DNA of 64,000 nucleotides from Candidatus Bathyarchaeia archaeon (GTDB lineage Archaea; Thermoproteota; Bathyarchaeia; Bathyarchaeales; Bathycorpusculaceae): NCBI GenBank assembly GCA_038727135.1, contig JAVYWL010000001.1, positions 756,021 to 820,020 of the forward strand, read 5' to 3'. Shown piece by piece: positions 48,877 to 57,376 of this stretch (position 1 is its first letter; each line of letters starts with the position of its first letter). The notes under the pieces were generated by a model. It saw only the letters and a program-made list of their open reading frames with translations, ran no database searches and was not told where the DNA came from. The position numbers and the translations under genes were made by a program.

Positions 48877-49309
48877 TGGCTGTAATCGTGGGAATCAGCG
48901 ACAAACACACGGTTATGGCTGATTTAGACAACATGAGTTTTAAACGTGTTAAAAGCTTGGCTCTTTTAACCATGGAAAAGTTTAGGCTGAATGGCTTTAT
49001 CATTTTGAAGTCTAGCCCTAAGCATTACCATGTGGTTTTCGATAAGCCTATGCGTTATTGGAGTAGCGTGTTAAAGGTTATTGCATGGATGGGTATTGTT
49101 GGAAACAACCGAAATTATGGAAGTGGATGTGTATGCAAGCCATTAAAGGTTACTGCACTTTAAGAGTAAGTCCTAAACCCATCAATTCACATAGTTGTAA
49201 GCCCATTCCAAGGATTGTTTTCCGTCATGGAAGCCAAACCAACATGATTAAGGAATATTTGACTTTTAGAAAACGCATTTTAAGGATTATTAAGCATTTA
49301 GATGTTTAG
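48876..49309 (+). pseudogene. AEP-superfamily primase-polymerase-like gene split by a -1 frameshift near 49105-49110
   Basis: ORF1 has VMADLD (DxD) and LKSSPKHYHVVF (SxxxhH); ORF2 continues PKLWKW...GYCTLRVSPKP; one added base gives ~144 aa. Confidence 0.6.
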
Positions 49310-49348
49310 GATAAAAGTTAGGTTGTTCTATCATATGCACTATTCAAG

Positions 49349-50269
49349 TTAGTATAAAGGCTTAACATAAATTACCACGTAATTCGACTCTATTTTGTAA
49401 ACTTTAACTTCTATCTCAAACTCCCTTATTACAGTCCATGTCGAAATATAATACTCCTTGCTCTGAGAAGTGGTTCGTATTCTTAATTTTGGTTCAACAA
49501 AAGTAGGATGTTCAACCTGTATGTATGTAAACCAATATTGATTTGTTTTGTTAATTAATCCGCTACTGATGTTTACCGCCTTAGTCTCATATAACGTAAT
49601 ATTCACTTTTGTGTAATATAAAGAAGCCATGTAATTATTAACGATAGGCTTAACTAAAATTACAATGTAGTCTGAAATATAATCTGAAGCTACTTTCGAG
49701 ACCTTTATTTCTATCCCAAAATCTCTGTAGGTTTTTCCTTCAATTGGTGTAAAATACGTTCTTTGAAAAGGAGCTGAAACCCATAACGTGTTAAAGTGAT
49801 AGTCAAAAGTATATTCGGTATCCCCAAACTCGATGACTGTTGGGTCAACCTCAAACTCTGATGAATCTCTAAGAGTTAACTGAACGTAATCTTCTGTTGA
49901 AGCGTGATTTTGCATGTTAAAAATGAAAATAGAAGCACACCAAATTAGAAAGCCTATAACTAGAACTACTAAACAAATACCAACAACTTTCTTCGTGGGA
50001 AATGGCTTTTTTACTTCCTTCTTTTCACTTTTGCCTCCTTCCTTAATAAAATGCAGTTCTCCTTCTGATACAAATTTGCCCCTTTTCTCTTCAGCATGGG
50101 CAATAGCCATTTCCTTTTTTGTTTGCCAACTTCCTAAAGGTGTTCTAGGCGGTAAGTTTGGACAGTTGTGGCTTTCTGGAAGCCTATGCTCTAAACAGTA
50201 ATATTTTCCGCAAAATTTGCATTCAAAAGGAAGGTCAACTTCTTTTCCACAATGTTCGCATTGAGGCAT
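49349..50269 (-). CDS. AN1-type zinc finger + TM helix + duplicated beta-rich domain (cargo)
   Basis: CEHC...FECKFCGKYYCLEHRLPESHNC; hydrophobic VVGICLVVLVIGFLIWCASIFIF. Confidence 0.8.
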   Translation of the reverse strand: MPQCEHCGKEVDLPFECKFCGKYYCLEHRLPESHNCPNLPPRTPLGSWQTKKEMAIAHAEEKRGKFVSEGELHFIKEGGKSEKKEVKKPFPTKKVVGICLVVLVIGFLIWCASIFIFNMQNHASTEDYVQLTLRDSSEFEVDPTVIEFGDTEYTFDYHFNTLWVSAPFQRTYFTPIEGKTYRDFGIEIKVSKVASDYISDYIVILVKPIVNNYMASLYYTKVNITLYETKAVNISSGLINKTNQYWFTYIQVEHPTFVEPKLRIRTTSQSKEYYISTWTVIREFEIEVKVYKIESNYVVIYVKPLY

Positions 50270-50347
50270 CCTTCATCAAGATTAATTATGCCTACCATTT
50301 AAAGTAAATTTTGCGGTCTGTCGTCCGTGTTTATTTGTTTGTCTGTG

Positions 50348-50417
50348 TGTCTGTCTCTGTCTGTCCGTCTGTCCCTCTCTCCCCCCTTTGAGAGGGTGTT
50401 TGGGTTTGGGTTTGGGT
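50348..50417. repeat. Right terminal inverted repeat (70 bp perfect), followed by extra TTGG continuing the TTTGGG array
   Basis: Exact reverse complement of 45994-46063. Confidence 0.97.
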
Positions 50418-50421
50418 TTGG

Positions 50422-50435
50422 GGTTAAATTTTAAG
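50422..50435. repeat. Right target-site duplication GGTTAAATTTTAAG
   Basis: Identical to 45980-45993. Confidence 0.9.
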
Positions 50436-50545
50436 GCTTAGCGGCTATCTGATAGCATGCTGAATAAAGAAAAGGTTTTTAGTTAAGTTGTTATATGAGT
50501 GTTCTGCAAGTGTTTAGTTAACGTGAAACGTGAGGTTGATGCTGA

Positions 50546-51274
50546 ATGTCAGTGTTTGCAGCTCCAGGAGCATATGACCGTGCCATAACCGTCTTTTCAC
50601 CAGATGGGAGGCTTTTCCAAGTTGAGTACGCCATGGAACTTGTTAACCGCGGAGCAACAATTTTGGGGATAAAGTGTTCTGAAGGGGTTGTTTTAGGGGC
50701 CGAGGAAACTGTTGAGCCCCTTGAGGAAACAGGTTCCTCGTGGAAGATTTTCAAGATTGACGAGCATATCGGTGCAGCAATAGTTGGTTTAAGCTCTGAC
50801 GCGAGGGTTTTAATAGATCAAGCGCGAATTTATGCGCAGAGTAATAGGTTAACTTATGATGAACCAATAGATGTTGAGGTAGTAACTAAACGTATATGCG
50901 ACATACAACAGCTTTACACACAGCATGCCGGCGTTAGACCCTTCGGCGTTTCACTAATTTTCGGAGGGGTTGACAAAACTGGAAATCGTCTTTTTATAAC
51001 GCATCCTAGCGGAACATATAAGGGGCATAAGGCTACGGCTGTCGGCGCGGGAAGGGAAACTGTGATGAATATTTTGAAGGAAGAGTACCGTGAGGACATG
51101 AGCCTCGAAGACGCCATAAAACTTGCGGTTAAATGTTTGGTTAAGGCTCTTGAGGCTAGGCAACTTCCGCCAAGGATAAAGATTGCTGTTATTCCGTCGG
51201 CGACAAAGAAGATGGAGATGCTCAGCGACGAGAAAGTTGAGGCATATGTAAAGAAGTTTGTTTCGGGCAAGTGA
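50546..51274 (+). CDS. psmA: Proteasome alpha subunit
   Basis: YDRAITVFSPDGRLFQVEYA, RPFGVSL. Confidence 0.97.
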   Translation: MSVFAAPGAYDRAITVFSPDGRLFQVEYAMELVNRGATILGIKCSEGVVLGAEETVEPLEETGSSWKIFKIDEHIGAAIVGLSSDARVLIDQARIYAQSNRLTYDEPIDVEVVTKRICDIQQLYTQHAGVRPFGVSLIFGGVDKTGNRLFITHPSGTYKGHKATAVGAGRETVMNILKEEYREDMSLEDAIKLAVKCLVKALEARQLPPRIKIAVIPSATKKMEMLSDEKVEAYVKKFVSGK

Positions 51275-51281
51275 AGAGGGG

Positions 51282-51971
51282 ATGAGTGAAAAATATACCG
51301 TTGCGCGTATTACAAAGGATAATGAGCATTTCGAGGTTCTCGTAAAGCCAGACAAGGCACTCGACTACCGTCTTGGAAAAATATCCTCAATAACAGAAGT
51401 CCTAGTGGCAGAAACAATTTTTTCAGACGCAAGCAAGGGCACAAAAGTTTCAGAGGAAGCCATACGTAAAGCATTTGGAACAACAGATCCCCTCAAAGTG
51501 GCGGACATAATCATAAAAAGGGGCACATTGCAACTCACAACCGAACAGCGCAGAAAAATGATTGAGGAAAAACGAAGACAAATAATAGCCTTCATATCAA
51601 AGCAGTGTGTAGACCCCAGAACAAATCTTCCACATCCGCCACTTCGCATTGAGCAAGCCATGGAGCAAATTCACTATTCAATAGACCCTTTTAAGCCAAC
51701 AGAGGAGCAAGCAAGAGAAGTGATAAAGCTGCTGAGGCAGATTCTACCACTAAAAATGGAACAAGTTTCAGTCAGCGTGCATATACCAGCCGAATATGCG
51801 GCAAGAGCCTATGGAACCCTCAAAGCCTTTGGGACGATAAAACGTGAAGAATGGCGAGCTGATGGCTCATGGCACGGCATTCTCGAAATGCCCGTTGGCC
51901 TTTACGGGCCCTTCCTCGAGAAAATCGGTGAAGTAACGAAGGGGAATGCAGAGGCGAAAGTCATATCCTAA
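51282..51971 (+). CDS. Ribosome maturation protein SBDS/Sdo1
   Basis: HFEVLV, IFSDASKG, QLTTEQRR, DPRTNLPHPP. Confidence 0.95.
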   Translation: MSEKYTVARITKDNEHFEVLVKPDKALDYRLGKISSITEVLVAETIFSDASKGTKVSEEAIRKAFGTTDPLKVADIIIKRGTLQLTTEQRRKMIEEKRRQIIAFISKQCVDPRTNLPHPPLRIEQAMEQIHYSIDPFKPTEEQAREVIKLLRQILPLKMEQVSVSVHIPAEYAARAYGTLKAFGTIKREEWRADGSWHGILEMPVGLYGPFLEKIGEVTKGNAEAKVIS

Positions 51972-52001
51972 ACTTATAGTTAAATTGTGAGTGTGTGTTT
52001 T

Positions 52002-52703
52002 ATGCCAACATTTTTTGAAAGGAGGCAGATTGCAACTCCCGGCGACTTGCTCGCCGAGGGCGACTACATAGCTGGGGAGAACACGTATAAAGAGGGTAAT
52101 AGGATTTACGCCGCAAGAATAGGGCTTGTGGAATACGAAGATAAAAAGGTTAGTGTTGTCGCCTTAAGAGCCTTCTACATTCCAAGGGTGGGCGACACAG
52201 TCATCGGCACAGTTGTTGAAGTTGGCTTTAGCGGGTGGACTGTTGACATAAACGCGCCATACTTAGCTATCCTAAGGGCTTCCGACGTGCTAAACAGACC
52301 ATTTAAACCGCAGAAGAATGACTTAACAGAGGTGCTGGATGTTGGAGACCTTGTTGTGGCTAAAATAGTCTCCTATGATCGAACCCATAACCCACAATTA
52401 AGTGTGGATGAGCCCGGACTTGGGAAAATAACTCGTGGGCAAATAGTGAAAATAACGCCTACAAAAATCCCCCGCGTGATTGGCAAAAAGGGTTCAATGA
52501 TATCCATGATAAAGCAGGAGACTGGTTGCCACATAATATTAGGGCATAACGGAATCATATTAATCACTGGCAAAAGTCTGGAAGACGAAGAGTTAGCGAT
52601 GATGGCAATCCACAAGATTGAGGAGGAATCCCACACAACCGGGTTAACAGACCGGATTTTGCAGATGATTAGAAAGGAAAAAGAGAAAAGAGGAGGTAGT
52701 TAA
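52002..52703 (+). CDS. rrp4: Exosome RNA-binding protein Rrp4
   Basis: [17 protein letters not shown] (S1), [11 protein letters not shown] (KH). Confidence 0.95.
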   Translation: MPTFFERRQIATPGDLLAEGDYIAGENTYKEGNRIYAARIGLVEYEDKKVSVVALRAFYIPRVGDTVIGTVVEVGFSGWTVDINAPYLAILRASDVLNRPFKPQKNDLTEVLDVGDLVVAKIVSYDRTHNPQLSVDEPGLGKITRGQIVKITPTKIPRVIGKKGSMISMIKQETGCHIILGHNGIILITGKSLEDEELAMMAIHKIEEESHTTGLTDRILQMIRKEKEKRGGS

Positions 52704-52704
52704 A

Positions 52705-53439
52705 ATGAGTCAAAAAACTGAAAAATTGATTGATAAAAAGGGTTTAAGGCTTGATGGAAGAAAGCCTGACGAGCTTAGACCAATAAAAATTGAGGTTGGC
52801 GTTTTATCAAACGCTGATGGTTCAGCCTACATTGAACAGGGGAAAAACAAAATTTTAGCCGCTGTTTACGGTCCGAAAGAGCTGCATCCAAAGCATATGG
52901 CTTTGCCTGACCGCATGGTTTTAAGATGCCGCTACCACATGGCACCATTCTCTGTTCAGGAACGAAAGTCACCGGCGCCATCTAGAAGGGAAATTGAATT
53001 GTCAAAGGTTATTAGGGAAGCAATTGAACCAGCCATTTTTGTTGAGTATTACCCGCGTACAGCAACGGACGTTTTTGTTGAAGTTTTGCAAGCTGATGGA
53101 AGCACAAGGTGCACAAGCATAACGGCGGCATCGCTGGCTTTGGCGGATGCTGGCATACCCATGCGGGACCTAGTGGTTGCTTGTTCAGCTGGAAAAGTAG
53201 ATGACACAATAGTGTTGGATTTGATGGATGTTGAGGATAAGGTCGGCTTGGCAGATGTTCCTGTGGCTTACATGCCGAATCTGGGCGTTATAACGCTTCT
53301 TCAAATGGACGGAATTCTAACACCAGAGGAGTTTGAAAAGGCTGTTAACCTCGCCATCGAAGGCTGCAAGAAGATTTACGCCTTGCAGAAGGAAGCCTTA
53401 AAAGCCAAATATGTCAGCGTTAAGGAGGTTGAAGAGTAA
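52705..53439 (+). CDS. rrp41: Exosome exonuclease Rrp41
   Basis: [32 protein letters not shown]. Confidence 0.96.
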   Translation: MSQKTEKLIDKKGLRLDGRKPDELRPIKIEVGVLSNADGSAYIEQGKNKILAAVYGPKELHPKHMALPDRMVLRCRYHMAPFSVQERKSPAPSRREIELSKVIREAIEPAIFVEYYPRTATDVFVEVLQADGSTRCTSITAASLALADAGIPMRDLVVACSAGKVDDTIVLDLMDVEDKVGLADVPVAYMPNLGVITLLQMDGILTPEEFEKAVNLAIEGCKKIYALQKEALKAKYVSVKEVEE

Positions 53440-54230
53440 TGTCGACGATAGTTGTCCGCGTTAAGCAGAAGCAAATTGCACAATTAATTGCAAAGGGGAA
53501 GAGGCTTGACGGTAGAGGCTTAACCGACTATAGGGAGATAAAGGTGGAGCAGGGAATAATTGAAAGAGCTGAGGGCTCTGCAAGGGTTCTTCTCGGGAAA
53601 ACAGAGGTTATGGTTGGAGTCAAAATTGAAACTGGAGAGCCATTTCCGGACACGCCCAACGAGGGAGTTTTAACCGTAAACGCTGAACTTGTTCCCTTAG
53701 CTTCACCAACTTTTGAGCCCGGACCGCCAGATGAAAACTCGATAGAGTTGGCAAGGGTTGTTGACCGTGGGATTAGGGAGTCAAAAGCCATTGAGCTGGA
53801 TAAGCTTTGCATAACACCGGGGAGGAAGGTCTTTGTAATATTTGTGGACATTTATGTGCTTAATCATGATGGAAACCTGATTGACGCGTCGTCGTTAGCC
53901 GCTATGGCTGCACTTCTCAATACAAAAATGTTCAACTACGAAATCGAGGAAGGCGAAATAAAAATCAAGCCTGGGTATACAGCGCTTCCGGTAAGAAGGC
54001 ACCCGGTATCAGTCACTTTTGCAAAGATAAATGATAGACTTGTTGTGGACCCTTGGCTTGAAGAGGAACAAATTATGGATGCAAGACTAACCATAACAAT
54101 TGATGATGACGGCAACATATGTGCCGTTCAAAAGGGTGGAAGCGGATACTTCACGCCAAAACAAGTGTTTGATGCTGTCCAAATCGCCAGAGAAAAAGCC
54201 GCAGAAATTAGGAAGAAGCTAGGGTGGTGA
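53439..54230 (+). CDS. rrp42: Exosome subunit Rrp42
   Basis: RLDGR, AEGSA, FEPGPPDEN, DGNLIDA. Confidence 0.96.
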   Translation: MSTIVVRVKQKQIAQLIAKGKRLDGRGLTDYREIKVEQGIIERAEGSARVLLGKTEVMVGVKIETGEPFPDTPNEGVLTVNAELVPLASPTFEPGPPDENSIELARVVDRGIRESKAIELDKLCITPGRKVFVIFVDIYVLNHDGNLIDASSLAAMAALLNTKMFNYEIEEGEIKIKPGYTALPVRRHPVSVTFAKINDRLVVDPWLEEEQIMDARLTITIDDDGNICAVQKGGSGYFTPKQVFDAVQIAREKAAEIRKKLGW

Positions 54231-54232
54231 AG

Positions 54233-54532
54233 ATGGGGAAAAGAACAAAAAAGGTTGGTCCAACGAGGGGTTTAGGACCTCGCTATGGAGCCACCGTTAG
54301 AAAACGCTACATAAAAATAGTTACTGAAATGAAGAAAAGCCACAAATGTCCTCAATGTGGGCTTCCAAGAGTAAAACGAGTGAGCGTTGGCGTCTGGAAA
54401 TGCAGAAAATGCGGCTTCACCTTCACCGGTGGCGCCTACACTCCAGCTACAAAGCTTGGCATAGTGGCTAAACGTGTTGCTAAAGGTGCTCCGGTAGAAG
54501 AGGTTGAGGCTTCAGCAGCAGAAGAAGAATAG
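54233..54532 (+). CDS. rpl37ae: 50S ribosomal protein L37Ae
   Basis: GPRYGATVRKR, CPQC, GVWKCRKC, GGAY. Confidence 0.96.
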   Translation: MGKRTKKVGPTRGLGPRYGATVRKRYIKIVTEMKKSHKCPQCGLPRVKRVSVGVWKCRKCGFTFTGGAYTPATKLGIVAKRVAKGAPVEEVEASAAEEE

Positions 54533-54541
54533 GCTGAAATC

Positions 54542-55105
54542 TTGATACTTTTAACCACCTCTCGGAGACCAACTAAGGGCATAAGAACCTTCTGTAAAGA
54601 CCTTTCGCATACGCTTCCAAATATTTTGAGAATAAACCGTGGAAAATTGAGCCTTGAGGGTGTGGCGGCAAAAGCTCTAGAGCTTGGCGCTGAAAAAGTT
54701 GCCATTGTTGACCGTTGGAAAGGTGGTCCCGGAAAAATAGAGCTTTACCATGTTGATGGCAAGCTGCAACCAGTACCGCCACTAATATACTTGAGAGGCG
54801 TAAAACTCCGCAGAGAATTTCAAACCATGCCAAGAGGTAGAAGGATAAAATCTGTTGCCATCGCATCTTCGCCAAAGCAACCCCAAGAGGTTAACAGGCT
54901 CGAAAAGGCCTTTTCAGAATTCTTCAATATTCCAATAGTGTATAGTGAGGATGAGTACCGGGATTATAGTGCCATAATGCAAACCACCACTAATCCAGCA
55001 GGGGAAATAGTGGCGACTTTTAGGCTTCTTCCGGAAAGTGTGGAAATAGGTCCAAGGATGAGGATATCTCATTTAATCTGGGACTTGCGGGTTCATGAAG
55101 GCTAA
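54542..55105 (+). CDS. Brix/Imp4-domain ribosome biogenesis protein
   Basis: LLTTSRRPT, NRGKLSL, EIGPRM. Confidence 0.92.
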   Translation: MILLTTSRRPTKGIRTFCKDLSHTLPNILRINRGKLSLEGVAAKALELGAEKVAIVDRWKGGPGKIELYHVDGKLQPVPPLIYLRGVKLRREFQTMPRGRRIKSVAIASSPKQPQEVNRLEKAFSEFFNIPIVYSEDEYRDYSAIMQTTTNPAGEIVATFRLLPESVEIGPRMRISHLIWDLRVHEG

Positions 55106-55349
55106 AGCTGTTATTCGCCTAAAACTTCCTTCAAAAAAGGATTTGAAAATAGTCTATGAAGCGCTTATGCCGGAAACCGCAAAACCAGCTACAACGCGCT
55201 CCAAAGCAAACTTAAACATTGAAAACACTTTTCTGGTTTTAGCTGTTGAGGCTAGGGATACTGTGGCTTTGCGAGCAGCCTTAAACGCCTACTTAAGGTG
55301 GATTTCAGCTGTTTGCAGCGTTCTCTCTGTTTTGGAGAAATTAGGCTAA
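55095..55349 (+). CDS. pcc1: KEOPS subunit Pcc1
   Basis: ARDTVALRAALNAYLRWI; conserved position after the Brix gene. Confidence 0.9.
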   Translation: MKAKAVIRLKLPSKKDLKIVYEALMPETAKPATTRSKANLNIENTFLVLAVEARDTVALRAALNAYLRWISAVCSVLSVLEKLG

Positions 55350-55357
55350 AAGCTGTT

Positions 55358-56437
55358 TCAGCGTTCCCGCTTACCCTTAATATATTCTTCCACCCATTCT
55401 TTCGCGATTGGGTCTGGCACTTGCACTGGCGGATGTTTGAAGGCGTATGATGATATGCTTATCAGGGGTCCAGCTATTTTTCGGTTAAGAGCCAATTTTA
55501 CAGCCCTTATCACGTCTATGACCACTCCGGCGCTGTTAGGTGAGTCTTCCACTTCAAGTTTGACGGTTATTGTTAGGGGTCTGTCGCCGAATTTTCTCCC
55601 TTTCAACCATATATAGCATATTTTCTTGTTCCCCAGAAAGGGCACGTAGTCTGATGGTCCTATGCGGGTTGGCAAGTCGTATGGCACTAGGCTTTTAACG
55701 GCTTCCGTTTTGCTTATGCGTTTTGTTTTTAGGCGTTCTTCAACCGTCATATTTAGAAAATCTGTGTCTCCACCAAGATTCAGCTGATATGTTTCGTCGA
55801 CAATTACGCCTCTGTCAACGCACAGCCTAACGAGATTTCTGTGCAGTATGGTCGCGCCAAGCTGGCTTTTAATGTCGTCACCAGCCACCGGAAGACCACG
55901 TTCCTCAAATTTACGGCTCCATGCAGGGTCCGAGGCAATAAATTCCGGTATGCAATTTATGAAGGCGCATCCCGCATCTAAAGCAGCTTGGGCATAAAAG
56001 CGTGTGGCGTGGTGGCTTCCAACAGGCAAATAATTGATGAGGATTTCTGCTTTGGAATCTTTTAAGACGCCTGTAACGTCTGAAGGTTTAACCTCATTTT
56101 CGCTGTAAACGTTGAAGGTCTCTTTCATGTGTTTAGCCACCCCGTCCAAGACTGGTCCCGGCTGGACTTTCACGCCTAGTGGTGGCACGTCTGCAAATTT
56201 AGCACAGCAGTTCGGCCTAGTGAATATGGCTTCAGCTAAGTCCTTTCCAATCTTGTTTTTGTCCACGTCGAAGGCTGCAACGAACTTTATGTCTCTGACG
56301 TGGTATCCGCCAAAGTTCACATGCATTAGTCCCGGAACCGTTTCGCCCTCTTTTGCGTTTTTGTAGTATTCCACCCCTTGAATTAGGGCTGATGCTGAGT
56401 TTCCAACGCCAACTATTGCCACTCGGATTTCAGCCAA
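55358..56437 (-). CDS. ino1: myo-Inositol-1-phosphate synthase
   Basis: GVGNSAS, NYLPVGS, GDDIKSQLGAT, DSPNSAG. Confidence 0.96.
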   Translation of the reverse strand: MAEIRVAIVGVGNSASALIQGVEYYKNAKEGETVPGLMHVNFGGYHVRDIKFVAAFDVDKNKIGKDLAEAIFTRPNCCAKFADVPPLGVKVQPGPVLDGVAKHMKETFNVYSENEVKPSDVTGVLKDSKAEILINYLPVGSHHATRFYAQAALDAGCAFINCIPEFIASDPAWSRKFEERGLPVAGDDIKSQLGATILHRNLVRLCVDRGVIVDETYQLNLGGDTDFLNMTVEERLKTKRISKTEAVKSLVPYDLPTRIGPSDYVPFLGNKKICYIWLKGRKFGDRPLTITVKLEVEDSPNSAGVVIDVIRAVKLALNRKIAGPLISISSYAFKHPPVQVPDPIAKEWVEEYIKGKRER

Positions 56438-56556
56438 GCTCTTGTCCCTCTTTTGATGGTTTGGTGAAGGGTTTAGCTTTTGTACTCTATAACCTTTTCT
56501 GGTTTATGGCAAGATTAAAAGGGAACTTAAACAGACTATCAAAAGGCGAAAGGGTT

Positions 56557-56931
56557 ATGGCTGAAGGCGAAGTAGACGTCAAATTCGAACCTTTCAAGGA
56601 AATTGTCATCATGGAGCGCAACTTTTTCTCATCGCCAGAAGACATCGCACGGTTTGCCTCAATAATAGCCGGAGGAAAAACGGCGGGCTTGTACTGGGCT
56701 GAAGGTGTCGTGTTCCTTTATTTCCCGCTTCCAGCATCAACGGAAACTGCTGCAAAGGCTCTTATAGAAAACAGGAGGGTTTACTGGACTTTCGTTGGAT
56801 ATGCGCTCATGCCAAAATATCAGCCGCTGATTGAGACCAGAGAAAAGATAATAGTCCCTGTTATGGACATGTCATCGAACCCCATGTTTAGAAAGGTTGC
56901 AAACTGGCTGAAAGAACATGGAAAAACATAA
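56557..56931 (+). CDS. Conserved hypothetical protein
   Basis: ATG at 56557 (MAEGEVD...), 124 aa, LYWAEGVVF. Confidence 0.7.
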   Translation: MAEGEVDVKFEPFKEIVIMERNFFSSPEDIARFASIIAGGKTAGLYWAEGVVFLYFPLPASTETAAKALIENRRVYWTFVGYALMPKYQPLIETREKIIVPVMDMSSNPMFRKVANWLKEHGKT

Positions 56932-56952
56932 GCATAAAACGGAAAAAGGCTC

Positions 56953-57369
56953 ATGACCAAAGACAAGAAGGCATCAGCAAAAATAGTCCTTGTGAAGGGG
57001 AAAATCTTCTCCGGAACCGGAGAGGGCGTGTTCTTCACTACCCTCCCATGGGTTAGACGACAGATAAAGGAAAAGTTTGGTTTCGTACCGCATCCTGGAA
57101 CACTAAACTTGAAGCTGATCGGCAAACATGCAAAAGTTAGGGGTCTTCTGGAAAACGCAAAAGCCGTGGAGATTTTGCCGGAGCCCGGGTACTGCAGAGG
57201 AAAATGTTTTAGGGCGTACATCAAGAGTGATGTGGCATGCGTCGTTGTACTACCATGTGTAGAAAACTATCCCGGGGATGTTTTGGAAATTATTGCTCCT
57301 TCAAATTTGAGGGAGAATTTGAAGCTTAAAGACGGCGATGAAGTGGAAGTTAGGATAGTCCTCGAATAG
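56953..57369 (+). CDS. ribK: CTP-dependent riboflavin kinase
   Basis: SGTGEG, PHPGTLNL, LEIIAPSNLRENLKLKDGD. Confidence 0.92.
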   Translation: MTKDKKASAKIVLVKGKIFSGTGEGVFFTTLPWVRRQIKEKFGFVPHPGTLNLKLIGKHAKVRGLLENAKAVEILPEPGYCRGKCFRAYIKSDVACVVVLPCVENYPGDVLEIIAPSNLRENLKLKDGDEVEVRIVLE

Positions 57370-57376
57370 CTTATGC

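Larger units (their letters stand above)
45994..50421. mobile_element. Compact casposon-like (Cas1-solo) element, ~4.43 kb, without PolB
   Basis: 70-bp perfect TIRs, 14-bp flanking direct repeat, Cas1 next to one TIR, visibly AT-richer than flanks, lies between rpoD and psmA; right boundary ambiguous by 1-2 nt. Confidence 0.9.

Noticed and set aside
45994-50421. Classical IS/composite transposon or provirus
   Set aside because: No DDE/HUH transposase, tyrosine/serine integrase, capsid or packaging ATPase recognisable; no tRNA att site
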